From Amoebophrya sp. A120 (taxonomy: Eukaryota > Protista > Dinoflagellata): 64,000 nucleotides of DNA. Under the pieces are notes generated by a model, which was given only the letters and a program-made list of their open reading frames with translations, had not been told where the DNA came from and ran no database searches. The DNA lies in NCBI GenBank assembly GCA_905178155.1, contig CAJINV010000015.1:1666538-1730537 (forward strand). Reading direction: 5' to 3'. Of this stretch, positions 48,301 to 60,300 are shown piece by piece; position 1 is the first letter of the stretch, and each line of letters starts with the position of its first letter. The translations under genes and the position numbers were made by a program.

Positions 48301-51300
48301 CCTCGTATCAAATGCAAAAATGTCTGGGTCTGGAAGAATTCATGTTTGTCATGCTTGTCTGGCATGACTCTTAAATCTGTCATGCACGTTACCCAAGAGC
48401 TCCGTTTTTCTGTGATGCAGAGAGAAGCGCAGTTTGTCTTTGTCATGCAGACTAGGCTGCAACACCTAGGAGCTCAGAAACTTGTCATGCTGAGCCAGCA
48501 TGTGTAGCCTCATCATGAGACGCCACCCAGCATCACAAGTTTCCAGACCCAGACACTTTTATTTTTGATACCTCGAGTGGGGCGTGTTCCGGCCGCTGTC
48601 CCAGCGCTACCTGGCCGAGGATTACCAGTACGATGTTCTCAACCCAGTAACCAACGAGTCCAAGCAGATTTTCAATCGCAGCGCCTGGGCCACGACCCTG
48701 ATCGGCGATTTGGGGGACCTACCGATAGGGCATTTCTATCCTGAGTAAAAACGTCCCCACACGACCAGATTCAATATGGGAAATCTGCTAGACAAATTAG
48801 CCAGCTTTGGTGGTTTCGCATGACAAGTTTATTTTCCTCGTAGTGTACACCTATGCAGAAGTGCTACAGTGTGTGCGTGTTTGGTCCCCCCTGAGCGACG
48901 TGTGTGTGTGTGTTGGTCCACACCCAAGTCCGAAAAAACCTAGCCTCATAACAGCCGCGCCCTTATGGTATAGATCAACTGTTCGTCATAGAAGATCGGC
49001 GCTCAGATTGCTCTCGGGCTGGAGGAGGGAGTAGCGCGCAGCAGTCCGCTAAAGGGCACACTGCCAACATCATCATCATAAATCCTTTCCAACTACTTCA
49101 GAAGCATCACAGATCTAGCATATCATGCCGATTATAGCGCCACAAATTCCAAATTGAAATTACGACTAGAGAATGCTTCTCATGGGGCTCCGCATGAGAA
49201 ATGTTTTTCGCATGGAGATTTGCACGACAAATCTGGGGTGGGGACGTTTTTACACAGGATGACTTCCCCCAGTTCTTCTTTCTGGATTGGTTTGACGAGA
49301 AACTCACGTACGGAATTATGCACGAAAAAAACTGTGTAAGTGTAAATCTGTGATGCAGAAAATGCAAAACAGTTATACTTGTCATGCTCGACATGCGTGA
49401 TCGGCTCGCTTCCTATGTGTTTTCCCTTCCTATGTGCGCATCACAAGTTTTTCCTGTCATGGCAGAAAAACTTGTGATGCTGTTTTCCCAAAAGACTTAC
49501 ACTAACACAGTTTTTTTCGTGCATAGGAGTCCCGATTTTGAACGAGGACGGAAACACAGGAGCAGCTCATGGGCAGAGCGATACTAACGGGAACTCCAAT
49601 TCCTACGAGATCTTGTGGCCGTCCGTAGCGGATATCGGGCCGATCCTGTATTGTGTGCAAAAACGCTCCCACCCCATAGTCAAGTTGGTAAATCTGCAAC
49701 ACAAAGCTCCAAGTTTTGGGAGTTTTGCATGACAAGTTTCCATCTGTAGCGTAGTGCTGTTTAGCGCGAGAGCAGCCGGATGAGAAAGCGAGCTTCTCAT
49801 CCTGTTTACAACATTACAAAGTCCAAAACACGATGGGAAATCATGCCTCTCATGGAGATGCGCATTACAAATCTTCCTGTCATTGCACATTTGCATGACA
49901 ACTATGGGGTGGGGACGTTTTTACATAGGATATCCTGTTTCTCGCATTCATGGCCTCGATCGTCGGGTTAACTGAGACGCTGTTGACGTTTCAGAAAATT
50001 GCGTCCGAACTGAAGCTGATCGATAAAACAAGCTTGGTGCGTATGAGAGTGTCAGGATCGAGATCGTCAGAGTTGAAATAATTTGCGATGCTTAAAACCG
50101 ATACCAGTCCGAAGCCCACTTATCAAGCGGCGCATGATAAATTTTCCGAGCACCGGAATCCAATTTGTCATGCTGTTTGGGCACAGAAGACTGCTTTTGT
50201 CGTGCTAGTTTAGTAGCTCTATTTCAAACCCTAAACAGGCGCACAATCGGCGTCACTTGCCATCCCGGCAAGGCAGGCACTTCATGCCTTGCATTTTATG
50301 CATGACAAATCGTTTCATATACCAACCCCTGCCGTAGCCATTTTGGCTCAAGATCCTTAATATACCAACCCCTGCCGCATTGGCGGGGGGGATCCGCTGG
50401 GCCCAGTCACAATCTTCAACAGCGACCTAAATGTGAAAACATAAGAGGGGGAGCAATGCCGTAGATAGATTAGATCCTTCGTGATTCCTTTTATTTTGTC
50501 CTCAGATGCCACGCCGGCACCTCCCCCGAGTCTCTGCGTCTAAGAAGTAACTCCCGATCGTGGCGGGTCAGAGTCATTTTCTTCTCTTATTGTAGTCTCT
50601 AGCTCAAGCCTCGGCACCCCGTGTGCCTGGAGGCACGTGTACAAAAATGAATCAAAATGACCTGGCGGCGGCGCCTCGGGAAGAGCCCGACTTATCGCCT
50701 CGCACCCTCTCCAGAAGGCGGTAAGTATGTAAGTGGCTCGCGGGCTGCTCGCGACAGAGGAGAACTCGAGCCCCCGCGTTTTGAGAAGTCGCGACCCGAC
50801 CTACAGTGGCGCTTTCGCTGTTTTGCCCCTGCGTTGGTTGCTCCAGACAGGCCAGACGACGGAACCATATCGGGTCTGGAGTTCTGGAAAGGGTTACGGC
50901 CACCATGCTGCCGGTGGTTTAAGCAGCACGGGCCGGCAAAGACGAACGGGCGCCAGGTTTCGCGCGGATGCCCCCCAGCTCGCCCAAGCCAGTAGCAACA
51001 AGCTCAGTCGAGTCTTGTTCCCCAAGCACAATAGATGCGAGAAAGGGGCGCACAATAGATGCGAGCTCAGGGCTTGGCAGCGCTGGGGGAGATGGTCTTG
51101 GCCACGACGCGGGAGCCTTCCCTCCGTGGAATCGACAATGGGCCTGGCGTTGACGTTTTGCGCGTCTATCTTAGCTGCGCAGCGGCTCCATCGTCCGTCA
51201 CGTCCGCGCCTCGTTTGGGTCATGAGGTCATGATGTGCAGCTCCGTCGATTCATTCTCAGCTGCAACCTTTGCACTAGCCTCTGCCTGGCTCTCAGGTGC

Positions 51301-54300
51301 TTGGCTGTCAAAAGACAAAGGCGCTTTCATATTCTTACCGGAATTTCCTAAACCGCATCGCAGGCTGGTTTCGTGCCTGCGGTGTCCGTAAGATTCCGAA
51401 TAATATCTACTTTGTACGCATGGGACCAGCTGCAGGCTGCTGCTTCCTCATAGCAGTTAGCCTGGTCGGTCCCTGCACAGTTTGTGAGCACTATAAGTTG
51501 GATCGTTGGCGAACGTTAAACGTGCTCTGGTGGCGACAAGTGTGGACCGTTGGCGAACGTTAAACGGCCCAGCCGCATACTGCCGTGTGCGTAATTACAC
51601 TGGGGGGATTCAGGGTAGTACGGAGACGATGTTTTGCGGCATCACCCTGCAGCAAAAGGTGAATGAGCTGACCAGGAGTTTCCTGCTGGCGTGCTATTGC
51701 CCGCGCTCCCGTCGCCTTGAAACGCACCGCATCGCCCGCGCGGCGGATGCTCTTCTTCTCGATCTGCAAGACATGCATTACTCTGCCCGCACCTGGACGC
51801 CGTACTCCTGTGCGGACGTGGATTCCCATTTCCATGACCCCGATGACCCGGCGCGTTGCAATCTGGGGCACTTTGACACTCTGCAGGCTACTCGGGCTAG
51901 GTCGTTTCTGCAGGGCATTGTGGTACAGGAAGGCCTCAGCGAAGAGGCTGCTGCGGATCTACTTGCGGTGGTGGACGATAAAGCGTTGTGCATCCTGGCG
52001 CACAAAGACGATCTGGACAGCGGAAATCTGGCACGAATTTTCGCCACGCTCAAGCAGGTCACCGAGATAAACTCCAGGCATTGCCTGCAGTTCTTCTCAA
52101 AGTCCAAATTTGAAGTAATTGCGGGCTCACCCTACTGGGGCCCGGACGTGAGTTCCAGCAATCTGGCCAAAGTGTGGGAGCTGGCCGCCAAGCACTTGAA
52201 CCCGTTCTGTGTCACGCCGGTAGTCAGCCTGAAATGTAAGCTGGTCGGGTTTTTGTTCAACACGCACAGCTCCCAGGCCGACGTTCTCTACGGACAAATT
52301 TTGGCTAGGCTGAAGTGGAGCCGCATTGCTGCGGAACTTGTCTGCAAGTACTTGCGGTATGTGAATGGGGTGCAGCTGCGTACCATCCTGGTCTGGGCCT
52401 ACATCAGTTCCATTCTGCACTTACTCGTGGTCGGCGTGCGCATCTTCCCTGAATCGTACTGGCAGGAACTGCTGTTCCAGATGTCGTGGAGCATTGCGGA
52501 CATGGTTGGGCTTTCGGTGGAAACGACGAAGCACTACCTGGAGGCAAACTGCATCCCGCGGCACGACATACACAAGTTAATTTTTTCGAAGCAAATGCTG
52601 AACCTTACCGACCCCCGCTTGTTGGCCACGAAAATTTTGCGATGCGGCGCAGCAAAGTGGACGGCTATCAGTGGCACTGCCTCCGTCGCGGCCTACGCCA
52701 CTGCCCCCGTGCTGATGGGCGCGGACGACAAGGAGAAAGCACTGGGATTCAGTGCCGAGGGTCTAGTGACATTGCGGGAGATCCAAAAAGCAGACTTGTA
52801 CACACAGGATGTGTTGCGCGACGTTGTCGGGGATTCCGCGTTGTGCAAAAGCCTGGCGACTACTACCACCGATTCGGTGGACGCCGCAGGCAGCAATGCG
52901 TCTGCCCTGCCCAGCCTTTTCGTCAACAAGAGCTCCTCTCCTTCCGCAGCTGTCAGAGCCACTGTGCTGGTGCCCCTGCCCTCGGCGTCGGGCCGTCTCT
53001 CGTCCGCACTCAATCGCAACTACGACGCTCCTGTTACCCACGCTGCCCCGCCTGCGATTTGTAATGCCTCCGGCTGCTGCTTCTTTTTCCGCGAGAACGA
53101 CTGCGACCTCGCTGTTCTGTATAGAGGCAAGGCGGCCAAGACATACCACACTTCTGACCATGGCGAGTTCTCCTGCCCCAGCCTCCGCTCGGACGTGCGG
53201 TTTTTGTCTTGTGTGGTGCGTGCAATGGAGGATTGGCTGGGGGATTGTGCTGCCGGGCTATTGTCGACGCATCTGATTGTGGCCGGTGTATCGCTGTCGC
53301 CATCTCTGCGTAGCACTGCGATCCATCGTCTTTTCCGGAGCATGATTTGGCGATGGGCTCCGGGTCGGGTCAGCATTATTTATCATAAACGCGGCGGCGC
53401 ACTGTCTCCCATGATGTACTCGGAGGCCCAAGCTGTTTCTCATCGTTCCGACATTTTGGATCTACCAAACCGCGGTGCTGGTGTCGTCTGGCCGATCCGG
53501 ACACTCAGTCTGCCGTTTGACTTCAAGACCAACGATGAAAAACTCTCCTTGCAGCATTTCCGAAATCGGGTGAACGCGAGGTGCAAACCGAAAACCACGG
53601 CGGCAACCACGGGCGGTGGCACGCTGGGGGCTTCTAGCACCAATACTACGACGGGCGGCGAGACATTGGTGTCGGGGGCTGATCCCTCTACGGGGACGCA
53701 AAATACCGCGTGCGGTTTACCTATCCCGACGGTGGCGGACCCTATGCCGGTGGAAAACGTTACCTGCACCCAGCAGGCGCCTACTGGATCGGCTATGACT
53801 TTCCCGACCGCGCCACGGCCTGCCATGCCAGCTATTGCTGCGCCGCCGACCATGGACTCCCAACTTTCGAACACTGGTGAGCAGGTGCCACTTGTGACGT
53901 GCAAGCCCGCCACATCACTCCCTACCCAGTCCAGCCGCCGTGGTAAACAGGACACCGCCGCCGCCAATTCTACCAAGCGCGCGGTGACTACCAACGTTAC
54001 AGTCAGCCCGGAGGCCAAGTCGAGGAGAAAAGGCAAAAAAAATACCACAGGAACCGGCCGCAGCACTGTGGTGCCCCACGTCACTGCTACCCAGTGACTT
54101 TTCTCGGTATCGCCGTCTGCTTCCTCGGACCAGCGGATTTATCTGTTAGCTTCAGTGTGAAAACCAGAACAGAAAATTAATGCAACTCATGTCTGTGTAG
54201 CGATATAATGACTGCGTTTTGGTGTAATAGTTTCGCAGGTGCGCTTGTGTCTATTCCTGACTATGCATCGCGTAGTCTGTGCCTGTGGTTGGCGGGCCTA

Positions 54301-57300
54301 TATATTTACGCACCACGCGCTGACCTTGGCTGTGTAGTGACTGCGCCGCCACTCCGTTACAGCGCAAGGTTGTGGCTTCAGGAAAAGATCTGTTTTTTTG
54401 TCTATGACTGAGTCGCGCTCTGAGTAATCCTGGAGTGTGGACTGCCCTGATGTGTGAAGGCCTGCCTACGAAGACAGCTGAGATACAGAGGACATGACTC
54501 CTGCTTTCGTTGTTTGTCGTTTGTGTAGTTTCGTCAATTGCAGCACTTTCATCCGCAGACCTGCCCGCGAGCCTGCCTCTGGCGCTGTCTGCCTGCGCGC
54601 TACCATCGACCCGGTGTGGGCGTCTAGTTCTGCCTGCCCCCATCGACGGCGTCGGGTTTTGCTTACATCGCGCGATGCTATGCTGGTCGGAGCCGGTTCA
54701 TCCTGCCTCCCGCCGTTTATCACCGGAGCATCCTGGGTCGAGCGGAACTCGGCGACCATCTGGATGGGCAATTTATCCTCCCCGTGCATGCTTGTCGACC
54801 TGCTGCTGGTGTGGACCCCGGTATCATATTTGTGCTGCGCAAACAATGGGTGCCGCATGCGCCTTTCCGAGCGAAGCACGGCGTTCCCCCGGGTGCGTAT
54901 CACCAACTACTCGCGCACGCCATTCGACTTGCTGTTAGTCGCGATCCCTGTATCTAGATCTTGCTGCACAGTTAAGAGCGGACACTACTGCCTATTCGTA
55001 GTCTGTCATGCGCGGAGCACTTGCTGGACCTGACTTTTTACTTGGCCTGTTTTGCCGTTCCTGGTACTACACTGACACTTCGCGCTCGACATTTACTTCT
55101 ATTTATTTCTATAGGCCTTGGTCTTCTGTATTCCATTTGTGGCCGGGATCTCCGGAGCTTTGCATGCGCGCGCTCTTTGTATATTCTCGGACTGTTTGCA
55201 TTGGACCTGGTTCCTGTTTCGGGATTTGTATTTGTCGCCCTCTGTGGCCCCCCGATGTGCACTTACTACGCTGGTGGTTGCTGTTGCTTAGTGTCTTAGT
55301 CTGTTGTCTTGTCCTCCTTATCATTTTATTTTCGCTCCGACAAGCATGGCAATCTACTCCGCTTTGCATGTGTCCGCTCAATTTTTTAGTTTCCATACAG
55401 ACCCCGGGTAGTGCCGTCATTGCGACCTTCCCCCTACTGGACTCCACCTGTGGCTGCTGAACAAATCTTCTCCGCGTGGTGCCGCTGTTTAGTGATGGAT
55501 ACGCTATCGATGACGTCATGTTGGGCCCGAACATTGATTCCCGAGCACCCGACCGCCGATCTCCAGTACCCCGCCGGCGGCGAACAGATTCCCAGGCAGT
55601 GGGTCTCCGCCGTCTCGTCCGAGCCTGGGGCTCAACTCCCTCGCCATGTAGCCGGTTTGGGGCATTTCATGGCGTGTGCGACCGTTTTCCGGCGCAACAG
55701 CCTGTTTCGGATCCATGTTGTACATCACGCACGGGTAGATCGTTCCAACAGCGCACGATGACGACAAGGAAGACGACGAGCCGCATCAGCGAGCCACCGG
55801 CTTGATGAGGGTTCCTGCAGGCCCTACCAGCTGTCGCGTCCTTGGTTCGGTACCTCCTCCCCGCCGGTCCAAATTAAACCTGCTGGCACCGACTTCCGTG
55901 ATTAAGATCCTCCACGACCTACATCTTCCTGCTGCTACATACGCTGGCCGTGTCTCTAGATGGTTTTGCTCGTCCTCTTCGACTAGTAGCCAGGTTGGAG
56001 CTTTTCGTGGGGTGTGCGACCTTATTCCGGCGCAGTAGCCCGTTTGCGGATCCATGTTTTACATCATGAACGGGAGGTCGTTGCAGCAGTGCATGGAGAT
56101 GACGGGCAGCAACAGTCGTGAGCCACCGGCTTGTGGATTACTGCCGCCTACGGATCTCTCCTACTTGGCAAAAGTAAGGAGTGAAAGTTTAAAAGTTAAG
56201 AAGGTTCATTTTATTAATAAAGAATGTCAGTAAAGCGCTCTTGGTCTCTTGTGAAGTCCTCTGCGTTATCCTTTTATCTATATCGCGGCTTTATGGTGCT
56301 TAGCACCTGGGTCCTTGGCCGACCCGCTCGATGACTATCTACCCGCGCTGCAGGCTCGCTCCCCTGCATGCGTCCTTTGTGTGGACTACCTTGCTATTTG
56401 TGTATCGTAGCTCAAGCGTTCACTGTCTCGCAAAAATTACTCACAGCTTATCACTTACATGATAAAAGACGCTGCTTAATTCTAACTGCGTGTGTGCTCT
56501 TGCTTGTTTATTTTTTTTTTAGTTCTCTATGTCGGCTCGCGCCCCGGCTCCGATTCTGTCTTGATCTGTTTATTCCCGGCCCGCCTCCCGGATATAGTTT
56601 TTGTGCTTTGTCTCCTCGTGGCTCCACACCCACTGCATTTATGGCCCCTGCGACTGCCGACTTATTATTATTTTGGGTTCGCGTCCCCACTTTTGTCCTC
56701 CCCTCAGCCGTATCCATGCGTTTGGCGCGTGGTTACACAGGCCGGGATTGAGGCCTACTCTTATTGTATTGCTTGTATGTGGCGACTTGCATGACTCGGC
56801 GTCGCTTAGTCTTTTCTATCTGTCCGCCGCGTGTTACCTACTTCATGATGAGCTTATGTGGTGACTTTTCTTGCTGCTAGTGCATGACTCGCTGGTGATT
56901 CGTTGCCATGTGGATCTTGGCGTGCGCATTAATTCTAATTTTACTTCCTCACCGTCGCCTGAAAAAATGCAACTACGTATTTATTTGTTTCGGAGGCCCG
57001 CTTCCCTCCTATCTCTAGTTTCTTCAGCCGATCCGAAGGTAGTTTGTATGTGTGCCCTGGCTTTCCGATATGGAGCTCTGATTTGCATGCTAAGTCGGAA
57101 AGTCGCCTCATGCGCGGAGTTGCTTGAGGACACGTTGTATGATTTTGGGACCACGTACCTACTAGCCCGAGGGGGTGCGGGAGCCTGAAAAAACGAACGT
57201 TAAACGTATGTTGGCGATAAGTTGGACTGGTGGCGAAAGTAAGGTAAAGGCAGCGTAAGTAGTTGGATGTGCCCGGGGATGATGGTGATGGCTTCGGTCC

Positions 57301-60300
57301 GCCTGACTCCGCGACCTGGTGGCCGAACCACGTGCGGTTCGGTGCCCTTACAGGTTGTGTAGTGGTTTCGGTCGGTTTAGCATGACAAATCGTTTCAACT
57401 TTGGCGATTTCAAACCTGACGCTTCCATAGTGCAACCAGGAGCGGCGGGGCAGCACCCGCACCAGAACGGCGGCGGGGCCTCTTATGACACCCTCAGAAT
57501 GGAAATCCTCAAAGTGGAAATAATTTGTGATGCATGAAATGCGACACCAAAAAGACTGCATTGCAGATTGCAGAGAACGCAATGGAAGCCGACTATTGTG
57601 CATCTACGGGCTCAGACTTGGGCTCCTGATTAGCATGAGAGGAGGGCACCCCTTTGCCTAACTAGCATGACAGACACGTTTTGAGTGCCCGGGAAATTTG
57701 TCATGCGCCGACTACAAATGGTGCTCCAACTGGAGTCGTTTTTTTGCATTACAAATTATTTCCACTTTGAGGATTTCCAACCTGAGGCTTTCATACCTCT
57801 TTGGCTTCTAACGCAGGGCGAAGCGGAAAACATGGTGCTGGAACTACAGACTCTAACAGCAACGCATCTTCGCCAAGAGATCGCAAAATAACGACAGAGA
57901 AAGTTTTTCACTCGGAGGAGGCGGATCCGTTGCTGCGAGACGACCGGCTTTCGAGTTCAATAGGTACAAGCGGAGATTTTAATATCAACTACGATCATCA
58001 TTCTAACAACTACCAGGATATTGACATCAACGTGTCGAAAAGGAAAAGCGGCCAAGAAAATAAACAAGATTTGCCCGCCTCTCCCCCCTCCACCGAAGGA
58101 GATGTAGGTATCCGAACCCCGAAACTGCGCCTGAAATTTTCCTCCAAAATCCGGGTTGTATCCAGCTACCAGGAGCTCTTTGTGCAGGGCGTCGCGAACT
58201 TGGTTTGTGGGCTGTTTGGCAGCATGGGTGGGTGTGCGATGATTGGCCAATCACTGATTTGCGTCCGAAACGCAAGTGATGTGGAGATCCGGGAGTCTGT
58301 GATCGGGGCCGGGAACATTGGCAGACTGGCCCCGATCTTGGCGGCTTTGTTCACGTTTACCTTAACAATGTACCCGGTGGTGCTGTCTATCATCCCGGTT
58401 TCCGCTTTAGTCGGCGTCATGCTGGTATCCTCTGCAAAAGTATAGTACTCGTATATTAAATGCATTACAAATTTCCTGAGCATGAGAGATAAAATTTGTA
58501 ATGCTGATTTTTTAGCTTTGGAACAAGATTTGTAATGCTTGTTTGCAATCGAATCACTACGAGTACGATTCTTTTGCAGTGGATAGCTGGTCGTTTCCTA
58601 CCACACCATCGACTTTCGGTTTCTCCTATCAAATGCAAAAGTGTCTGGGTCTGGGAGATTGCGAGATTTGTCATGTTTGTCTGGTATGACCAAAGAGGTT
58701 GTGATGCGTGTCCAAGAAGAGACCCTTTTGCCTGTCATGCAAAAACGCAGTTTGTCATGCGAAAAACGCAACACAAAGAAGCGCACACATTTCTCATGCT
58801 TGGCTGCGCATTACAGAGCATTCACTATTCCCAACGCAGCATTACAAGTTTCCAGCCCCAGACATTTTTGCACTTGATATCTCCCCGCGGCTTGGAAAGC
58901 GGTTTTTTGGTCGGAGGAACAGAAGAAGAAACGGTTCGCTTTGGTGTATAACAAGGGAGGCCTTTTGGTGGAGGTAGAGGAAGCGGAGATGGAGCTCGCT
59001 CTGGCCGCGAGATCCTTCGTGACCGAGCGGATCCACGGGAAGGGAATCAACGAGGAAGAGCTTTTATTCGGAGAAGAGAAAGAAGACGAAGAGGCTCTTC
59101 ACAACTATATCGCAGCACAAGCGAAGAACAGTTCTTCTAAAAGCGCGAAGAAGAAAAAAAGAGGCAAAAAAGATTCCAAGTTCATCACGGTGCCCCGGGA
59201 AACCAACATGAAAAAAGACGACCCGGTTTTCTTTCCCAATTTTGACCCGGAGAACCCGAAGCTGCTCATCGATCCGGAGCATTTGACCGAAGAAGAGGAG
59301 TCACAGTTGCGAGAGGAGGACGCGATGCTTCACGCCAGCCTCCAACAGATGAAAAAAAAATCAGGCAGTTTCTTTCATCATGCCGACTTCGACCATGCTG
59401 GTGATGGGCATAAAACCCCCGGGATAAATAAAAGCCGAACGCCCTCGAAGATGTTGATAATGACCCCAATTAAGAAATCAGGCAGCAAGGAGCAGTATCC
59501 TGTGCAAAAGTATCGTACCTACGTAGAAATTGCCTTTATGCATTACATACAAATCTCTACTACTTTGTCATATGTAAAGCAGCATTACAAATTATGCTGG
59601 GCTAATTTCTTGTAATGCAACTTATTATACTAGTACGATGCTTTTGCATTGCATAAGCAGATGCAGAGCCCCTTTGCAGGTCATATTCATACACCAGCTT
59701 CCGTCGATCCCTTATCAATTGCAAAAGTGTCTGGGTCTGGAAATTTGTGATGCTAATTCATGAATTGTGGGGACACTGCTATAGGCAGCCACGCATGGCA
59801 AGTTTCTGGGCTCCTTTGTGTTTCGCTTTCCGCATGATAAACTACATTTTTGCATGACAGGCAGGAGGCTCTTTTCCTGCTCACGCATTACAGGTTTAAG
59901 AGTCATGCGAGACACGCATGACAAACTTGCGCCCTTCCAGACCCAGACATTTTTGCAGTTGATATCCCTTAATGGGGAGCAAAATCAGTTCTATATCGGG
60001 GAACCACACCGGCAGCAGCAAAGGCATATCCTGTGTAAAAACGTACCCACACCATAGTTGTAATGCAGATTTGCAAAGACAGGAAGACTTGTAATGCGCA
60101 TCCGCATGAGAGCCATTTCCAATCGTGTTTTGGAATTTGTGATGCTGTGAACAGGATGAGCAGATGCATCTGTGATGCGGCTGCACTTGCTAACCTGAAC
60201 TACGCTGCGGAGTGCAACTTGTCATGCGTGACTCACAAAACTCCTCGACTTGTGTTGCAAAATCCCCATCCTGACTCTGGTGTGGGTAGGTTTTTACTCA

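Larger units (their letters stand above)
50318..57379 (+). mobile_element. Spliced-leader-capped non-LTR-like retroelement, 7062 bp
   Basis: 18-bp TSD GCATGACAAATCGTTTCA (50300-50317, 57380-57397); full DinoSL at the 5' end; long RT-like ORF; contains no introners. Confidence 0.88.
50042..57429. mobile_element. Introner family D expanded to 7.4 kb by a nested retroelement
   Basis: Left part 50042-50317, right part 57380-57429 ending CCTGACGCTTCCATA; DR GTGCG/GTGCA. Confidence 0.9.

Noticed and set aside
50331-50400. SL RNA gene
   Set aside because: The SL is followed by ATCC, not a GT donor and SL intron, and lies at the 5' end of a TSD-bounded insertion, so it is a retroposed relic
51506-54097. 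Autonomous transposase for the introners
   Set aside because: The ORF lies within a separate TSD-bounded insert, not as an integral part of the D element; no DDE motif recognised and the motifs look RT-like
54208-57188. Second ORF (endonuclease or gag) in the 3' part of the retroelement
   Set aside because: Only short ORFs without recognisable motifs; a degraded ORF cannot be excluded without profile searches
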